The notes under the pieces: generated by a model
The model's input: only the letters and a program-made list of their open reading frames with translations
The model's database searches: none
What the model was told of the DNA's origin: nothing
Part shown: positions 20,046 through 30,135 of the stretch, in pieces
How the letters are laid out: every line of letters starts with the position of its first letter
Numbering within the stretch: position 1 is the first letter of the stretch
IMG/VR virus record: IMGVR_UViG_3300033149_002333
Span: 2,976 to 66,975 of that record
Length of the DNA stretch: 64,000 nucleotides
DNA from: a virus
Strand: one strand, 5' to 3'
Made by a program: the position numbers and the translations under genes

Positions 20046-20582
20046 ATGGGACAGCGAAGGCTCAAAAACGAGGATCATGACAGGTTAGTAAATCGTGATT
20101 CCAAAGGCCAGCATTCGGCTAAAGCAATACAGTTCAACCCCACCGGGGGAGTGTTTAGTACGGATGTTCAGGCAGCAATTCAGGAGCTTGATAGAAAAAA
20201 GTTAGATACCAATTTCGGCAATTTAGCCAGCGTTGCTTGGGCACTGGCCGCGTTGGGGATTACGGTATGGGAGTCTGAGAGCGATACGATAAGTGGGGGA
20301 GCGACTACACTCAACAGCACCGCTTGGAATGTTACTTACACAATCGACACCGAAGGCGGGGCTGGTTCGGATGATCTGGCTACGATAAACGGCGGAGTGG
20401 AGGGGCAGAAAGTTTATATTCAAGCAGCTAACGACGCCAGAACGGTCGTAGTCAAAGCCGGAACTGGCAATATATATATGCGAACGGATTTTTCCTTGGA
20501 TAATACGAAGGATAAGCTAGTTTTGCTAAACATCGGAGGTTCCGAGTGGCATGAGGTTTCGAGGGTTAGTAACGGGAGTTAG
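20046..20582 (+). CDS. Putative virion structural protein
   Basis: STDVQAAIQEL motif; DDLATINGG beta domain. Confidence 0.65.
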   Translation: MGQRRLKNEDHDRLVNRDSKGQHSAKAIQFNPTGGVFSTDVQAAIQELDRKKLDTNFGNLASVAWALAALGITVWESESDTISGGATTLNSTAWNVTYTIDTEGGAGSDDLATINGGVEGQKVYIQAANDARTVVVKAGTGNIYMRTDFSLDNTKDKLVLLNIGGSEWHEVSRVSNGS

Positions 20583-23466
20583 TATAATAGGCTTGTTCGT
20601 GCTGCTGGTTTGGGTTGGCTGGACCATCGGCGCTGCGGGCGATCCAGCTATTGAAGGGGTTAGTGAAGTCGAAGATTTTGCCACTTCGGGGGCTGCTGGA
20701 ACAGCGCCACTTAGCGATGGGGCTAGTGGGTTGAGTATGACGGATGTGCTTACGGAGGATGAGCTAAACTCCGAGGCCGAACTCGAAGCCCAACTAGCCG
20801 ATGTGTCGGACGTCTATACGGACAACGACGTCGACTTCATAACTGCCGACGATATGGCAGATGCCGATCACGGAGATGTCAGTTGGTCTAGTGGTGTTGC
20901 ATCAGTGGAGGACCTAACCATTTCCGGAGAAACTCAGGGTGACGTTCTCTACTTTAATGGATCGAACTGGGTGCGCCTCGGTATAGGTGCCGCTGGACAG
21001 GTCCTTGAGGTCAACGCAGGTGGAACGGCCCCGGAGTGGGATACGGACGATTCGGCAGCAGGTGGCGGAAACGATGTCTACATAGAAGAGGGAGACGCTG
21101 CTAGGGTGGACTCGACCAGTGCGGATCTTTATTTGGACTTCGATGACAGCGACTTTGATGTTGGCGTTGCGGGTAATGAAGCTAATATTACGATAAACGT
21201 AGGTCCGAACCAAATGTCCGATGCCGACCACGGAGACGTGGCCTGGTCCGGCGGAGTGGCTTCCGTACAAGCAGTGCAAAACAATTCCGTTGATCTAGGC
21301 ACCGACACTGTTGGGAATTACGTAGCCACTGTTGCCGACGGCACGGGGATAGACGGTACAGCTTCCGGGGAAGGTTCAACCTACACGCCTTCTTTCGATT
21401 CGACAGAACTAGGCAACTTGGTCTGGGGAGACAACTCCCAAGCAACAATCAGCTGGCTTTTCTCGCTAACTGGAGGAAACGACCCAAGTATTTTATTCTC
21501 TGATAACAAAATAACGTACTATTCGACGTTCGAACTCAACAGTACTGCACCTAGCATAACTCTTTACGAAAACGACACGAACGATTACTGGTATCGCAGT
21601 ACAGTAAACAGCGGACTCCTTGTTATAGGTTACGACGAAGACCGCGATGGAGCGTTTACTCCAGTAACCAATGTTCTAACCTTCTATCCTGCTGATATTA
21701 CTACTACAGACGACCGCATAGTAATAGGCAGCGGGTCCTCGAAGTCTAATACAGACTTTTCTTTGGCTTTTGATACTGATACTGAAGATTATTTCTTCGG
21801 TTATGACGATTCCCAAGATAAGTTCATATTCGGTTCGGCTGGAGCTGCATACAACATTGGTGATTACGATAGGCGCTATCTTACTGCCCAAATTTCAACT
21901 AATGACGACGGTTACATTTTGGGAAATGCTAACGTCTTCGTTCCCCAAATGTTTGGCCCAATAGATCCAACGGACGACGCGGCAAACACGGACGATACTG
22001 CTATACAGGCCGCGATCGACGCAGCTGAGGCTTCGATCATTAACTACGATGGGTCTCCTGCAGTAGTGTTTTTACCTCCAGGTTATTATAATATAGATGC
22101 CGGGCTTACCATTTCTAAGGGTATACATCTCATTGGGTCTGGGAAATCCTCTAGTGTAATAAAGTCTGATATAACCGCCGATCATGTAATTACGGTGGAT
22201 AATGGTGCCGCCGGTTCGGTGGTGGGTTACGGCAAAGTTGCCAACTTGTCTATTGCGACAACGGTTGAGAACGACGGAAAGGCTTTGTTGTATATGGTTG
22301 AGCCCTTTCACTATACGATTGAGAACGTGTTCCTTGGAAACGGGTCTTACGGAATCTACTTAGACGATCCGGACTGGGTAACGGTAAATAAAGCATTTAT
22401 CTATTACGATGGTGCTGTACATGACAACGCAGACCCCGCGAACGCAGGGATTTACATAACTGCGAACGACAGTGCAGATCACCCGAATGTACGGATACAA
22501 GACTCCGAGATAAATGGAGGTAGTGGGGCGTCTCCTGAAAGAGTTGTTAACTACTGTATCAGAATAGGTGGTGCGGATGGCATATGGATAAGCAACACCC
22601 ACATGTATTTTGCCAAATTGGCCAACATATATGCAAGGGCTGATGGAGTTGATTATTGGCTAAATGGAATCCTCGTTGACAACTCGTGGATAGAAAAGGC
22701 TGGGCAGTATAACTTTCTTCTCAGTGACAGTACTGCTACTGTTCGTGCTACCTATTACAGCATTTCCAACAGTGTTATGGACGGTGGTGAGGTAACGCAG
22801 TTTGGAGTGTATGTGGATCATTCCAGCCTGGAGACGTTCGTCATTTCAGACAACGTAATAAAGTCCCATGATTACGATGGTATTCAGATAGCGGATACGT
22901 CGGCTAGCGCAGAGGTAGTCATTATCGGAAACGTCATAGCGGGACACTCCGAGGCTGGAGAAGACGGGATCGACATAGGTGAAGCGTCCATTGACGAAAT
23001 CGTAATCTCCGACAACGTGTTCAGTGACAACGATGAAAACATCGAATGGCCGTCTGTGGGGCAAGAGGCGGATATTGTAGTTGCTAACAACGTCAACGAG
23101 GATAGTCACGGACTAACTAGGAAAATCATTCCAATCACCTCTGGTTCTTCCAGAAACGTCGCAGCGTACGAAAGCGGGGCGTTGTTTTCTGTCAATTCGA
23201 GTTATGCGGGGTTGGTAACTCTAACCCTTCCGGCAGATCCGACTGGGTTGTATTATACCTTCTGCAACGCAAATTCTTCGTACTCACTTCGCATAGACGG
23301 CAACGGTGCTGATACAATAGCTGGTGTACTAGCTGGAAGCGCCAGCACTACCGCAGCCGACATAGACATAGACACTGCTGGAGCGTGCGTTACGCTGGTC
23401 GGAGTCAACTCGGCAGGATGGGGAATAGTAGCAGCAACAGGCGACTCTGGGGATTATACATTTTAG
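20551..23466 (+). CDS. Tailspike-like beta-helix (pectate-lyase-like) protein with N-terminal hydrophobic helix
   Basis: DDTAIQAAIDAA..VVFLPPGYY..LIGSG and ISDNV repeats; very acidic; N-terminal IIGLFVLLVWVGW. Confidence 0.82.
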   Translation: MRFRGLVTGVSIIGLFVLLVWVGWTIGAAGDPAIEGVSEVEDFATSGAAGTAPLSDGASGLSMTDVLTEDELNSEAELEAQLADVSDVYTDNDVDFITADDMADADHGDVSWSSGVASVEDLTISGETQGDVLYFNGSNWVRLGIGAAGQVLEVNAGGTAPEWDTDDSAAGGGNDVYIEEGDAARVDSTSADLYLDFDDSDFDVGVAGNEANITINVGPNQMSDADHGDVAWSGGVASVQAVQNNSVDLGTDTVGNYVATVADGTGIDGTASGEGSTYTPSFDSTELGNLVWGDNSQATISWLFSLTGGNDPSILFSDNKITYYSTFELNSTAPSITLYENDTNDYWYRSTVNSGLLVIGYDEDRDGAFTPVTNVLTFYPADITTTDDRIVIGSGSSKSNTDFSLAFDTDTEDYFFGYDDSQDKFIFGSAGAAYNIGDYDRRYLTAQISTNDDGYILGNANVFVPQMFGPIDPTDDAANTDDTAIQAAIDAAEASIINYDGSPAVVFLPPGYYNIDAGLTISKGIHLIGSGKSSSVIKSDITADHVITVDNGAAGSVVGYGKVANLSIATTVENDGKALLYMVEPFHYTIENVFLGNGSYGIYLDDPDWVTVNKAFIYYDGAVHDNADPANAGIYITANDSADHPNVRIQDSEINGGSGASPERVVNYCIRIGGADGIWISNTHMYFAKLANIYARADGVDYWLNGILVDNSWIEKAGQYNFLLSDSTATVRATYYSISNSVMDGGEVTQFGVYVDHSSLETFVISDNVIKSHDYDGIQIADTSASAEVVIIGNVIAGHSEAGEDGIDIGEASIDEIVISDNVFSDNDENIEWPSVGQEADIVVANNVNEDSHGLTRKIIPITSGSSRNVAAYESGALFSVNSSYAGLVTLTLPADPTGLYYTFCNANSSYSLRIDGNGADTIAGVLAGSASTTAADIDIDTAGACVTLVGVNSAGWGIVAATGDSGDYTF

Positions 23467-23485
23467 TTAAGTTCGGGAGCTTACA

Positions 23486-25138
23486 ATGCCAAGACATTTA
23501 ACGACTTCAGTTGATGACACTATTACGGCGACGCATACTTATACTGGTGCTATAGTAGCCACTAATCAGGCAGTGGTTAGTGGGGGGCAGATCGACAACG
23601 TTCCGGTTGGTGGGGTGAGCCCGTCGAGTGTTTATTGTACGTATGCTTATGTTACAAGCTCGAGCGGGGATGCTATAATGGGGTTGGATAGCGGTGCTGG
23701 AGCTAGTGCTACTATTGCCTTTTTGGAGGAAGGTACTACAAAGTGGAGGTGGCTTAACAACGGTGGGAACGACGACTTGGAGCTTTGGGACCACGCCAAC
23801 AATGCTTCCGTAGCTCGAATTCAGGCCAACAACGCCGGGGTTAGCTTCGATGCTCCGCTTGGGTTCAAAAAAGTCTACAACGCGGCCACCTACGGCAGCG
23901 GAATGACGGACGTCGAGATTCAAGCCGCCATAGACCATTGCGAAGCGGATGGTGGATATGGAGTTGTATACTTACATGGCGGAGTTTGGACCCTAAGCAC
24001 CGGAATAAGTATTACCAAAAACAGCATCACCCTAATGGGCGCGGGGAAGCTAAATACTTACCTCTCCCGAGCTGGGGGTTCGGGGCATACTGTTACACTT
24101 GAGAACGAGACGGAGGGAAATTACATAACAGCTGTTTCCTTGCAAGGAATGACTATTCGATCTACTGACACGATGACCAGCGGAGCTGCACATATTTACA
24201 TCGTGGACGGGGATCATGTTGTCTTGCGTGACATAATGTTGGACAGAGGCTACACAGGAATCGAAGCTACATCTATGGGGAATTCTACCCTGGATAATGT
24301 ATGGATCAAGAACGACTCGATAGACTACGGAGCGACTACCTCAACCTCATCTGGCATTTGGATAGGCAATACCGGAAAGCGCAACAACGGGAACATGATG
24401 CTTAAGAATGTAAGCATTGGTTCGAGTACGAACGGCTACATTCAGTATGGCTTGGTAATCGAAGCTGCTGATGGATGGTGGATTACTAACCTATACACTG
24501 GATACATGAACGGCACGGATGTTTACCTAAGTCCAAGCGGATCAACATCTCTTACCGGGTTGAAATTCAACAACTGTTGGTTTGACCCGGCGGGAGATTA
24601 TGGGTTGTTGGCTGATGGTGGAACGACTGGCAACTACGGTGGACTGCAATTAGCTAATTGTCGCTTCTGGGGTTGGTACGGTGGAGCAATGACTAGCGTG
24701 ACTGGTTCGGCCACGACTAGAAGTTGCCAGTATGGAATTTATCTCTCGCCAACCAGTAGTTCTATGGAGCATGTGAACATAAATAATTGCTTCATTAGCG
24801 ACTGGGGTCGGGACGGAATTTATCTGGCTGATAGCAATTTGGTACATAGTGTGATAAACGGAAACAACATCTGCGGCAATAGTCAGATGTCTAACGGTAC
24901 GTACGACGCGATCAAGGTGGCCCCGGAGGTGTCGTTCTTTAACATAATGAATAATAATTGCGGTTATGATATGTATAACTCCACCGTTGCTTCAATGCAA
25001 CGATATGGGATCGCAGTACAAACTGGAGACTCAACTGGGTTCGTCATCATCGGAAACAACTGCTTGGGCAACCAAACAGGTGGCGTAGCCAACAACGCAA
25101 CCGGAACTAGCATGGTAGTGCACAATTTGCCTGAGTAA
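23486..25138 (+). CDS. Tailspike-like beta-helix depolymerase
   Basis: EIQAAID..GVVYLHGG..ITLMGAG; repeated INNC/IGNN. Confidence 0.82.
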   Translation: MPRHLTTSVDDTITATHTYTGAIVATNQAVVSGGQIDNVPVGGVSPSSVYCTYAYVTSSSGDAIMGLDSGAGASATIAFLEEGTTKWRWLNNGGNDDLELWDHANNASVARIQANNAGVSFDAPLGFKKVYNAATYGSGMTDVEIQAAIDHCEADGGYGVVYLHGGVWTLSTGISITKNSITLMGAGKLNTYLSRAGGSGHTVTLENETEGNYITAVSLQGMTIRSTDTMTSGAAHIYIVDGDHVVLRDIMLDRGYTGIEATSMGNSTLDNVWIKNDSIDYGATTSTSSGIWIGNTGKRNNGNMMLKNVSIGSSTNGYIQYGLVIEAADGWWITNLYTGYMNGTDVYLSPSGSTSLTGLKFNNCWFDPAGDYGLLADGGTTGNYGGLQLANCRFWGWYGGAMTSVTGSATTRSCQYGIYLSPTSSSMEHVNINNCFISDWGRDGIYLADSNLVHSVINGNNICGNSQMSNGTYDAIKVAPEVSFFNIMNNNCGYDMYNSTVASMQRYGIAVQTGDSTGFVIIGNNCLGNQTGGVANNATGTSMVVHNLPE

Positions 25139-25144
25139 GCTCAA

Positions 25145-25157
25145 TTCATTTAATGAA
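25145..25157. promoter_or_regulatory. Palindrome TTCATTWAATGAA, copy 2 of 5
   Basis: Intergenic, upstream of the RBS of 25178. Confidence 0.6.
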
Positions 25158-25177
25158 GCGCTAAGTAGGGAGCTAGA

Positions 25178-26083
25178 ATGAACTTTCGCAAGATGTACCT
25201 AAACATTAAAGAATTCTGCCCGAAGCTGTCGATTCCGGTTATCAAGGAGCGTATAAACATACGCTATCAACAAATCCTGGCAGCTGAGGATTGGGAGTTT
25301 TTGTACGACACCACAACGGTTCGGTTGGTAGCTATTCACGAATCGCTTGATGGCGAAACCGTGCAAGTAGCTCAGGGCGATACAGCTGTGACCGGAACTG
25401 GGACGACTTTTACCTCCGCGCACGAAGGGTATTATATACGCTTCGGCAGCGATTCACAGCCTTATGTGGTGAGTAGCGTGACCGATACGACGCACCTCGT
25501 GCTTGAGACAGCTTATGGAGATGATAGCGATTCGTCGATGAGTTATAGCTTGTATCCGAGGTCTTACAGTCCGAGCGTCGGCGATGTTGGGGAAATTTTG
25601 TCGATTGCTTATAACTCGAAGCTGGGCGAAGTTTCAGAAGGGTTTTTGTATAGATTAGATCCTGAGCGCGACTCGACTGGGGAGCCTACCTACTACCGAA
25701 TCTTCAGCAAATCAAAAGCCGACCAAGGTACGGTTAGCTTCGAGGTTTGGCCTATTCCGGACGAGGATTATGTGGTTACAGTCAGCTACAAACGAACCGT
25801 CTCTGCGCTTAGCGAGGATACCGACGAGCCAGTTTTCAGGCCGGAGTTGCTAGAAGCCGGGGCTTTGTGGGATTGCTATAGGATGTGCTTTAATCTAACC
25901 CAAAATCCGGCTTTCATGGGTATGGCACGCGATTCGAGAAACGAATACGACCGCCTAATGCGCGACATGCTGCTGGAAGACCTGCGCACGGCTTCCATAC
26001 CCCAGCGGATTAGATCCTTCGAATCCGACTCTCCGATATGGAACAACGAATACTACATCGACCACGACACGGAGCCTTGGTGA
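25178..26083 (+). CDS. Head-tail adaptor/ring-like protein 1 with inserted beta domain
   Basis: DWEFL, TGEPTYY, VWPIPDEDY and LSEDTDEP; VTGTGTTFT insert. Confidence 0.72.
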   Translation: MNFRKMYLNIKEFCPKLSIPVIKERINIRYQQILAAEDWEFLYDTTTVRLVAIHESLDGETVQVAQGDTAVTGTGTTFTSAHEGYYIRFGSDSQPYVVSSVTDTTHLVLETAYGDDSDSSMSYSLYPRSYSPSVGDVGEILSIAYNSKLGEVSEGFLYRLDPERDSTGEPTYYRIFSKSKADQGTVSFEVWPIPDEDYVVTVSYKRTVSALSEDTDEPVFRPELLEAGALWDCYRMCFNLTQNPAFMGMARDSRNEYDRLMRDMLLEDLRTASIPQRIRSFESDSPIWNNEYYIDHDTEPW

Positions 26084-26163
26084 TGAGTTTCACCGACGGC
26101 TGGATGATAGCCTTCGGGTTGGCTGTTTATTTATTCTTGGAGATTCTAACAAGGGATTATTAA
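26083..26163 (+). CDS. 26-aa hydrophobic peptide (below the ORF-track cutoff)
   Basis: MSFTDGWMIAFGLAVYLFLEILTRDY; TGATG and TAAATG coupling at both ends. Confidence 0.5.
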   Translation: MSFTDGWMIAFGLAVYLFLEILTRDY

Positions 26164-26877
26164 ATGAAAGTCTCCGAACTGATGGACCAAATACAAGCAA
26201 GCCTCGAAGACGAGGGGGTGTATCGAACGGATGATTTCATCCTCGATGCTATTAACGACGGCTATAAAATGATGGCTGTGTTGACCTTGTTCGACGAGCG
26301 GCGGGTTGATGTGGAAGTCGATGGAACGCGGAATTACGTCTGCTTGCCTAAAGATGGCGATGCGGAATGTATTGCGCCTTTGTATGTAGCTAACAAAGCA
26401 ACCGGTAAGCGCGTGCATCCAGTTAATATCCGAGATATGGAATATTACAGCAGCGCTTGGGAAGGTAAGGTCGGCTCGGGCGGAGACGCACAATATTACT
26501 GGGTCCAAAGCCCGTATCATTATCCCAATTCGCGGTTGCTTATAGTTCCGATGCAAAACATAGGTGGAACAAGCCTAAGCGTAATTGGAGCATTCGTGCC
26601 GACGGATTTAACCCCTTCAGACGAACCCCGGATTCCCCGAGGATTTCAAGATGCGCTATACTACTACGCTCGATTCCTAGGTTTCACATCCGAACCAACC
26701 CGAGGCAACGAAGCTGCGGAATCCTTCGGACATTTTATCGACAAAGTCAACGCCCTAGCAGCCCTGCAAAAAAGCCGCTTTCCATCGCACATAGGCTTCG
26801 AGCCACAAAGCGTGGAGTTCCTATACGAAAACGTTTCTACCAAAGACTTCAAGGCAGCTGATAATGAGAGTAACTGA
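26164..26877 (+). CDS. Head-tail adaptor/ring-like protein 2
   Basis: AINDG, DLTPSDEPRIP..FQDALYYYA. Confidence 0.7.
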   Translation: MKVSELMDQIQASLEDEGVYRTDDFILDAINDGYKMMAVLTLFDERRVDVEVDGTRNYVCLPKDGDAECIAPLYVANKATGKRVHPVNIRDMEYYSSAWEGKVGSGGDAQYYWVQSPYHYPNSRLLIVPMQNIGGTSLSVIGAFVPTDLTPSDEPRIPRGFQDALYYYARFLGFTSEPTRGNEAAESFGHFIDKVNALAALQKSRFPSHIGFEPQSVEFLYENVSTKDFKAADNESN

Positions 26878-27979
26878 TCTAGTAGACAAGATCGGCGACA
26901 TCCTGGGGGAGGACTACACCTACGCTCCTATATGGACCAAGTCCGAAATCGTCAAGATCGTTATGTCCATACTTGGAGAATTCTCTCAGCTAACCAACAT
27001 TGCTGATTTTATAACTATACGTTATGTTGATAGTTCTACTGGCGAAGCAGATATGCCAGTGGAGTTCAATGCTGCGTATTACATGACATTCAGCGAGGCT
27101 TTTCTGGATGTGGCCAACTGGAGCGACCTCGACCACGGAGATGATGATTGGTTGGGTGGGAGTTCGACAGGAACCCCGCGCGTGGCTACGATTATCGGCA
27201 GCGGGGATTATGCTTCGATTAGAATGGTGCCGACGCCGAGTTCGGTTTATACATACACCGAAAATACTTCGAGTTCGATTTACATCGGCTCGGCAGGTGG
27301 TAGTGTGTTCGAGCTAGCTTTCGGCAATGGCGCGGCTATTACCACGTACTCTCCAACAGCTACTTCGCAGGAATTTCGAATTCCGACTTCCGGAACTGGC
27401 AGCACGGTTTGGGAAGTAGCTTGCGAAGAAGACGGCAGATTGACCACGACTGCATCCGGCAGCCCGGTGACGGATACTATATATTTCGATGATGTAATAA
27501 GCTCGACCATTTGGAGAGCATACGCCACCGATGAAGGAGCTTTGACAACTTATCCTGCCAGCTACGAATATGGCCTTACATCCGGGGCAATACTAGACGG
27601 AACATATCAAGACTTCATTCAAGGAACAAGCACTAGCTCAGTTCACTATGGAGCCGTTGTTGACGCATACCCCACCGCGACAGCTACATCTCCAACCGCG
27701 TCCATATGGATCGACCGTCCGTATGGCGTGGTGCTGTATGAGCGAACCTCAACCTCAGCTGCGATGATATGGTATAAGGGCAGCATTTATCCAGTTGCCG
27801 GGCTTGATTCAGAGCTGCAAATATCCGACGCCTTCGTACCAATTCTCATCCACGGCATCCTGGCCGAGGCATTTTCGCACGACGGTGACGGACGCGACGA
27901 CACCAAAGCCAAATTGCTGCGAACCGTTTTCGAGGCTGAATGTAGAACTTTGAAACACCTATTTCAAAGATGGAGTTAG
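26864..27979 (+). CDS. Adaptor/ring-like protein 3 with internal repeats
   Basis: TGTPR, IRMVPTP, ISDAFVPILIHG; W......G.LTT repeats. Confidence 0.65.
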   Translation: MRVTDLVDKIGDILGEDYTYAPIWTKSEIVKIVMSILGEFSQLTNIADFITIRYVDSSTGEADMPVEFNAAYYMTFSEAFLDVANWSDLDHGDDDWLGGSSTGTPRVATIIGSGDYASIRMVPTPSSVYTYTENTSSSIYIGSAGGSVFELAFGNGAAITTYSPTATSQEFRIPTSGTGSTVWEVACEEDGRLTTTASGSPVTDTIYFDDVISSTIWRAYATDEGALTTYPASYEYGLTSGAILDGTYQDFIQGTSTSSVHYGAVVDAYPTATATSPTASIWIDRPYGVVLYERTSTSAAMIWYKGSIYPVAGLDSELQISDAFVPILIHGILAEAFSHDGDGRDDTKAKLLRTVFEAECRTLKHLFQRWS

Positions 27980-27981
27980 CC

Positions 27982-28281
27982 ATGATTCGGGTCAAGCCCG
28001 GGGTGAGGTTTCACCCAGATACTTGGGTTTGCGGTATGACGCGGATTCTGCGAGCGGTAGAAGACTTAGCGCCTGCAAGGTATACGATTACAATAACTAG
28101 TGGTTGCGACGGAAAGCACAGAGAGGGCTCGAAGCACTACAAAGGCCGGGCCTTGGATTTTCGAACACGCGACTTTCCCTACAGCCCTGGAACTTGGGCG
28201 CGGCGAATTCAGAATCGACTTGGAGACGAATACTTCGTGCTGGTCGAACCTACGCACATGCACATCCAATGGAACGGTTAG
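27982..28281 (+). CDS. M15-family Zn peptidase, endolysin candidate
   Basis: ITSG.D.KH..GSKHYKGRALD...HMHIQW. Confidence 0.82.
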   Translation: MIRVKPGVRFHPDTWVCGMTRILRAVEDLAPARYTITITSGCDGKHREGSKHYKGRALDFRTRDFPYSPGTWARRIQNRLGDEYFVLVEPTHMHIQWNG

Positions 28282-28290
28282 AGGCTTAAT

Positions 28291-30135
28291 ATGGCTGTTA
28301 AGATAGGCGGATTCACACGCGGCTGGCAAAACCGGGCTCGCCAAGAGCTTATGCGCGACGACGCGCTGTTTTGGATTGAGGATTGCGAGATAAATCAACT
28401 AGGAAGCATCGCTCCGAGGAGGTTTCTGAAACGTAGTGGACCTTTTGATGAGTTCTCTATGGGGAGCCTGTCGGGGTTGTTGCGGATTTTCAACGTCGAG
28501 GGCAGGTCGAAGAAGCTGATTTATTGGTGTCAGTCGGATGGGTTGTATAGGTATAATTCGACCACGGCTCAACGAACGAATATAAGTTCTAGCATAGTGT
28601 GTGTTTATGATTCCGTGAGTGCTATAAAACGTCGCCCCAGTATGGCCGCAATCAGACCGCTGCTGAGCGATTACACGCGCATATACATAACCGACGGGGT
28701 TACGTTTTTAAGTGATAACGGAACGTCGACCAAAACCTGGGGTATTGATCCACCTGGGCAAATACCAACGGCTTCGGTAGTAACTGGAGAATCCGGGGGT
28801 TTAAGTGAGGGCGAGTATGGATATGTAGTTACGTTTTATGATGCGGACACTGGGGCAGAATCCGACCCGTCGCCGGAAGTTTCTATAGAAGTTTCCGCCG
28901 GAGCTTTGGTAAGATTGGTGGGGATTCCGGTTAGCAACAATTCTAGGGTTACCTCACGTAGAATATACCGAACTGTAGCAAATGGTGGGACGTGGTACTT
29001 AGCTGCGGAGATTCCGGATAATGTAGTAACTGAACATCTGGATTATGTTTATGATGCTGATTTGACTACGGAATGTAACACAGACCAAGGTATTCCGCCA
29101 GAAGGGGATGTTGTGGTTAGTTTCCAGGATCGCCTGTGGATGGCCGGGGATGAGAGTTATCCCAATACGTTATATTTTTCTAGGGCTTCCCGACCTGATA
29201 ATTGGCCTTCGACGTATTATTTGGAAACTGACACGCCGGGCGAAAAGATTCGGAATTTGGTCGAATATGACGGAAAGTTATATGTGTTGACTTACGACGG
29301 AATTTACGGCGTGAGTGGGTCTGATCCGGATACGTACGTGATGGCTAATACCAGGTCTCATGTTGGCGTATATGGACGCTGGACCGTAGCTGCGGGGCCT
29401 GATGGGGTTTACTTTTTGGGCCGGGATGGAGTTTATCGGTATGATGGGTTCAAGACCGAATCTATTAGCGAGCAGATAGCTAAGTTGTTTGACGACACTC
29501 CGGCCAGGTGGAACCCGGTGCTGGACTACGGAACGGCCGAACTACGCTCGCGCGGGGTTTTTCGCGGGTCGGATTATTTTCTACTGCTGCCTTTGAAAGC
29601 TCTGGATGGAAGTCAGTATCATAGGGTTTTGGTTTATTCCACCGATACTCAAACTTGGACTGTACATAATCTCAACGGCAGCGAGTCCGGGGATGGGAAG
29701 AGTCATGCAGGAGACTTAGAAACGGATGCTGAGGAACTGAAGAGTTATATAACGAATTATTTCGACGAGCCGACTGCCTGCGAGATATTCGAGGCCGATT
29801 CGGAGCGGCTGGGGTTTGATGTATCGAATCCGGTTTTTGTAACGAAGGCATATCCGGTGGTTGAACGTAAGGCTGAGACTGGGAAAACTCCCGCTGTAGG
29901 TTGGATCAGGCGGTATCGAATTGACGCAGATGGAAGTTGGGCGTTGACGTTTTATCTGGATGATCGGAATGTGCACAGTGAAACCCTCAGCAGCCAAAGC
30001 GCATCGACGAGATACGACTGGCACGACTTCCCACCGAAACTCAAAGGAAGATACATCTACATAAAAGCCGAAGCGGCGGGGAGTACGCTTACTGCTCCGA
30101 CTACATACGAATTCAACGAAGTGGAGATTCGCTAA
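28291..30135 (+). CDS. Tail nozzle/stabilisation protein (P22 gp10-like)
   Basis: DRLWMAG..LYFS....PDNW, GVYFLGRDGVYRYDG; FN3-like insert (YGYVVTF..ES.PS..RRIYRT). Confidence 0.75.
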   Translation: MAVKIGGFTRGWQNRARQELMRDDALFWIEDCEINQLGSIAPRRFLKRSGPFDEFSMGSLSGLLRIFNVEGRSKKLIYWCQSDGLYRYNSTTAQRTNISSSIVCVYDSVSAIKRRPSMAAIRPLLSDYTRIYITDGVTFLSDNGTSTKTWGIDPPGQIPTASVVTGESGGLSEGEYGYVVTFYDADTGAESDPSPEVSIEVSAGALVRLVGIPVSNNSRVTSRRIYRTVANGGTWYLAAEIPDNVVTEHLDYVYDADLTTECNTDQGIPPEGDVVVSFQDRLWMAGDESYPNTLYFSRASRPDNWPSTYYLETDTPGEKIRNLVEYDGKLYVLTYDGIYGVSGSDPDTYVMANTRSHVGVYGRWTVAAGPDGVYFLGRDGVYRYDGFKTESISEQIAKLFDDTPARWNPVLDYGTAELRSRGVFRGSDYFLLLPLKALDGSQYHRVLVYSTDTQTWTVHNLNGSESGDGKSHAGDLETDAEELKSYITNYFDEPTACEIFEADSERLGFDVSNPVFVTKAYPVVERKAETGKTPAVGWIRRYRIDADGSWALTFYLDDRNVHSETLSSQSASTRYDWHDFPPKLKGRYIYIKAEAAGSTLTAPTTYEFNEVEIR

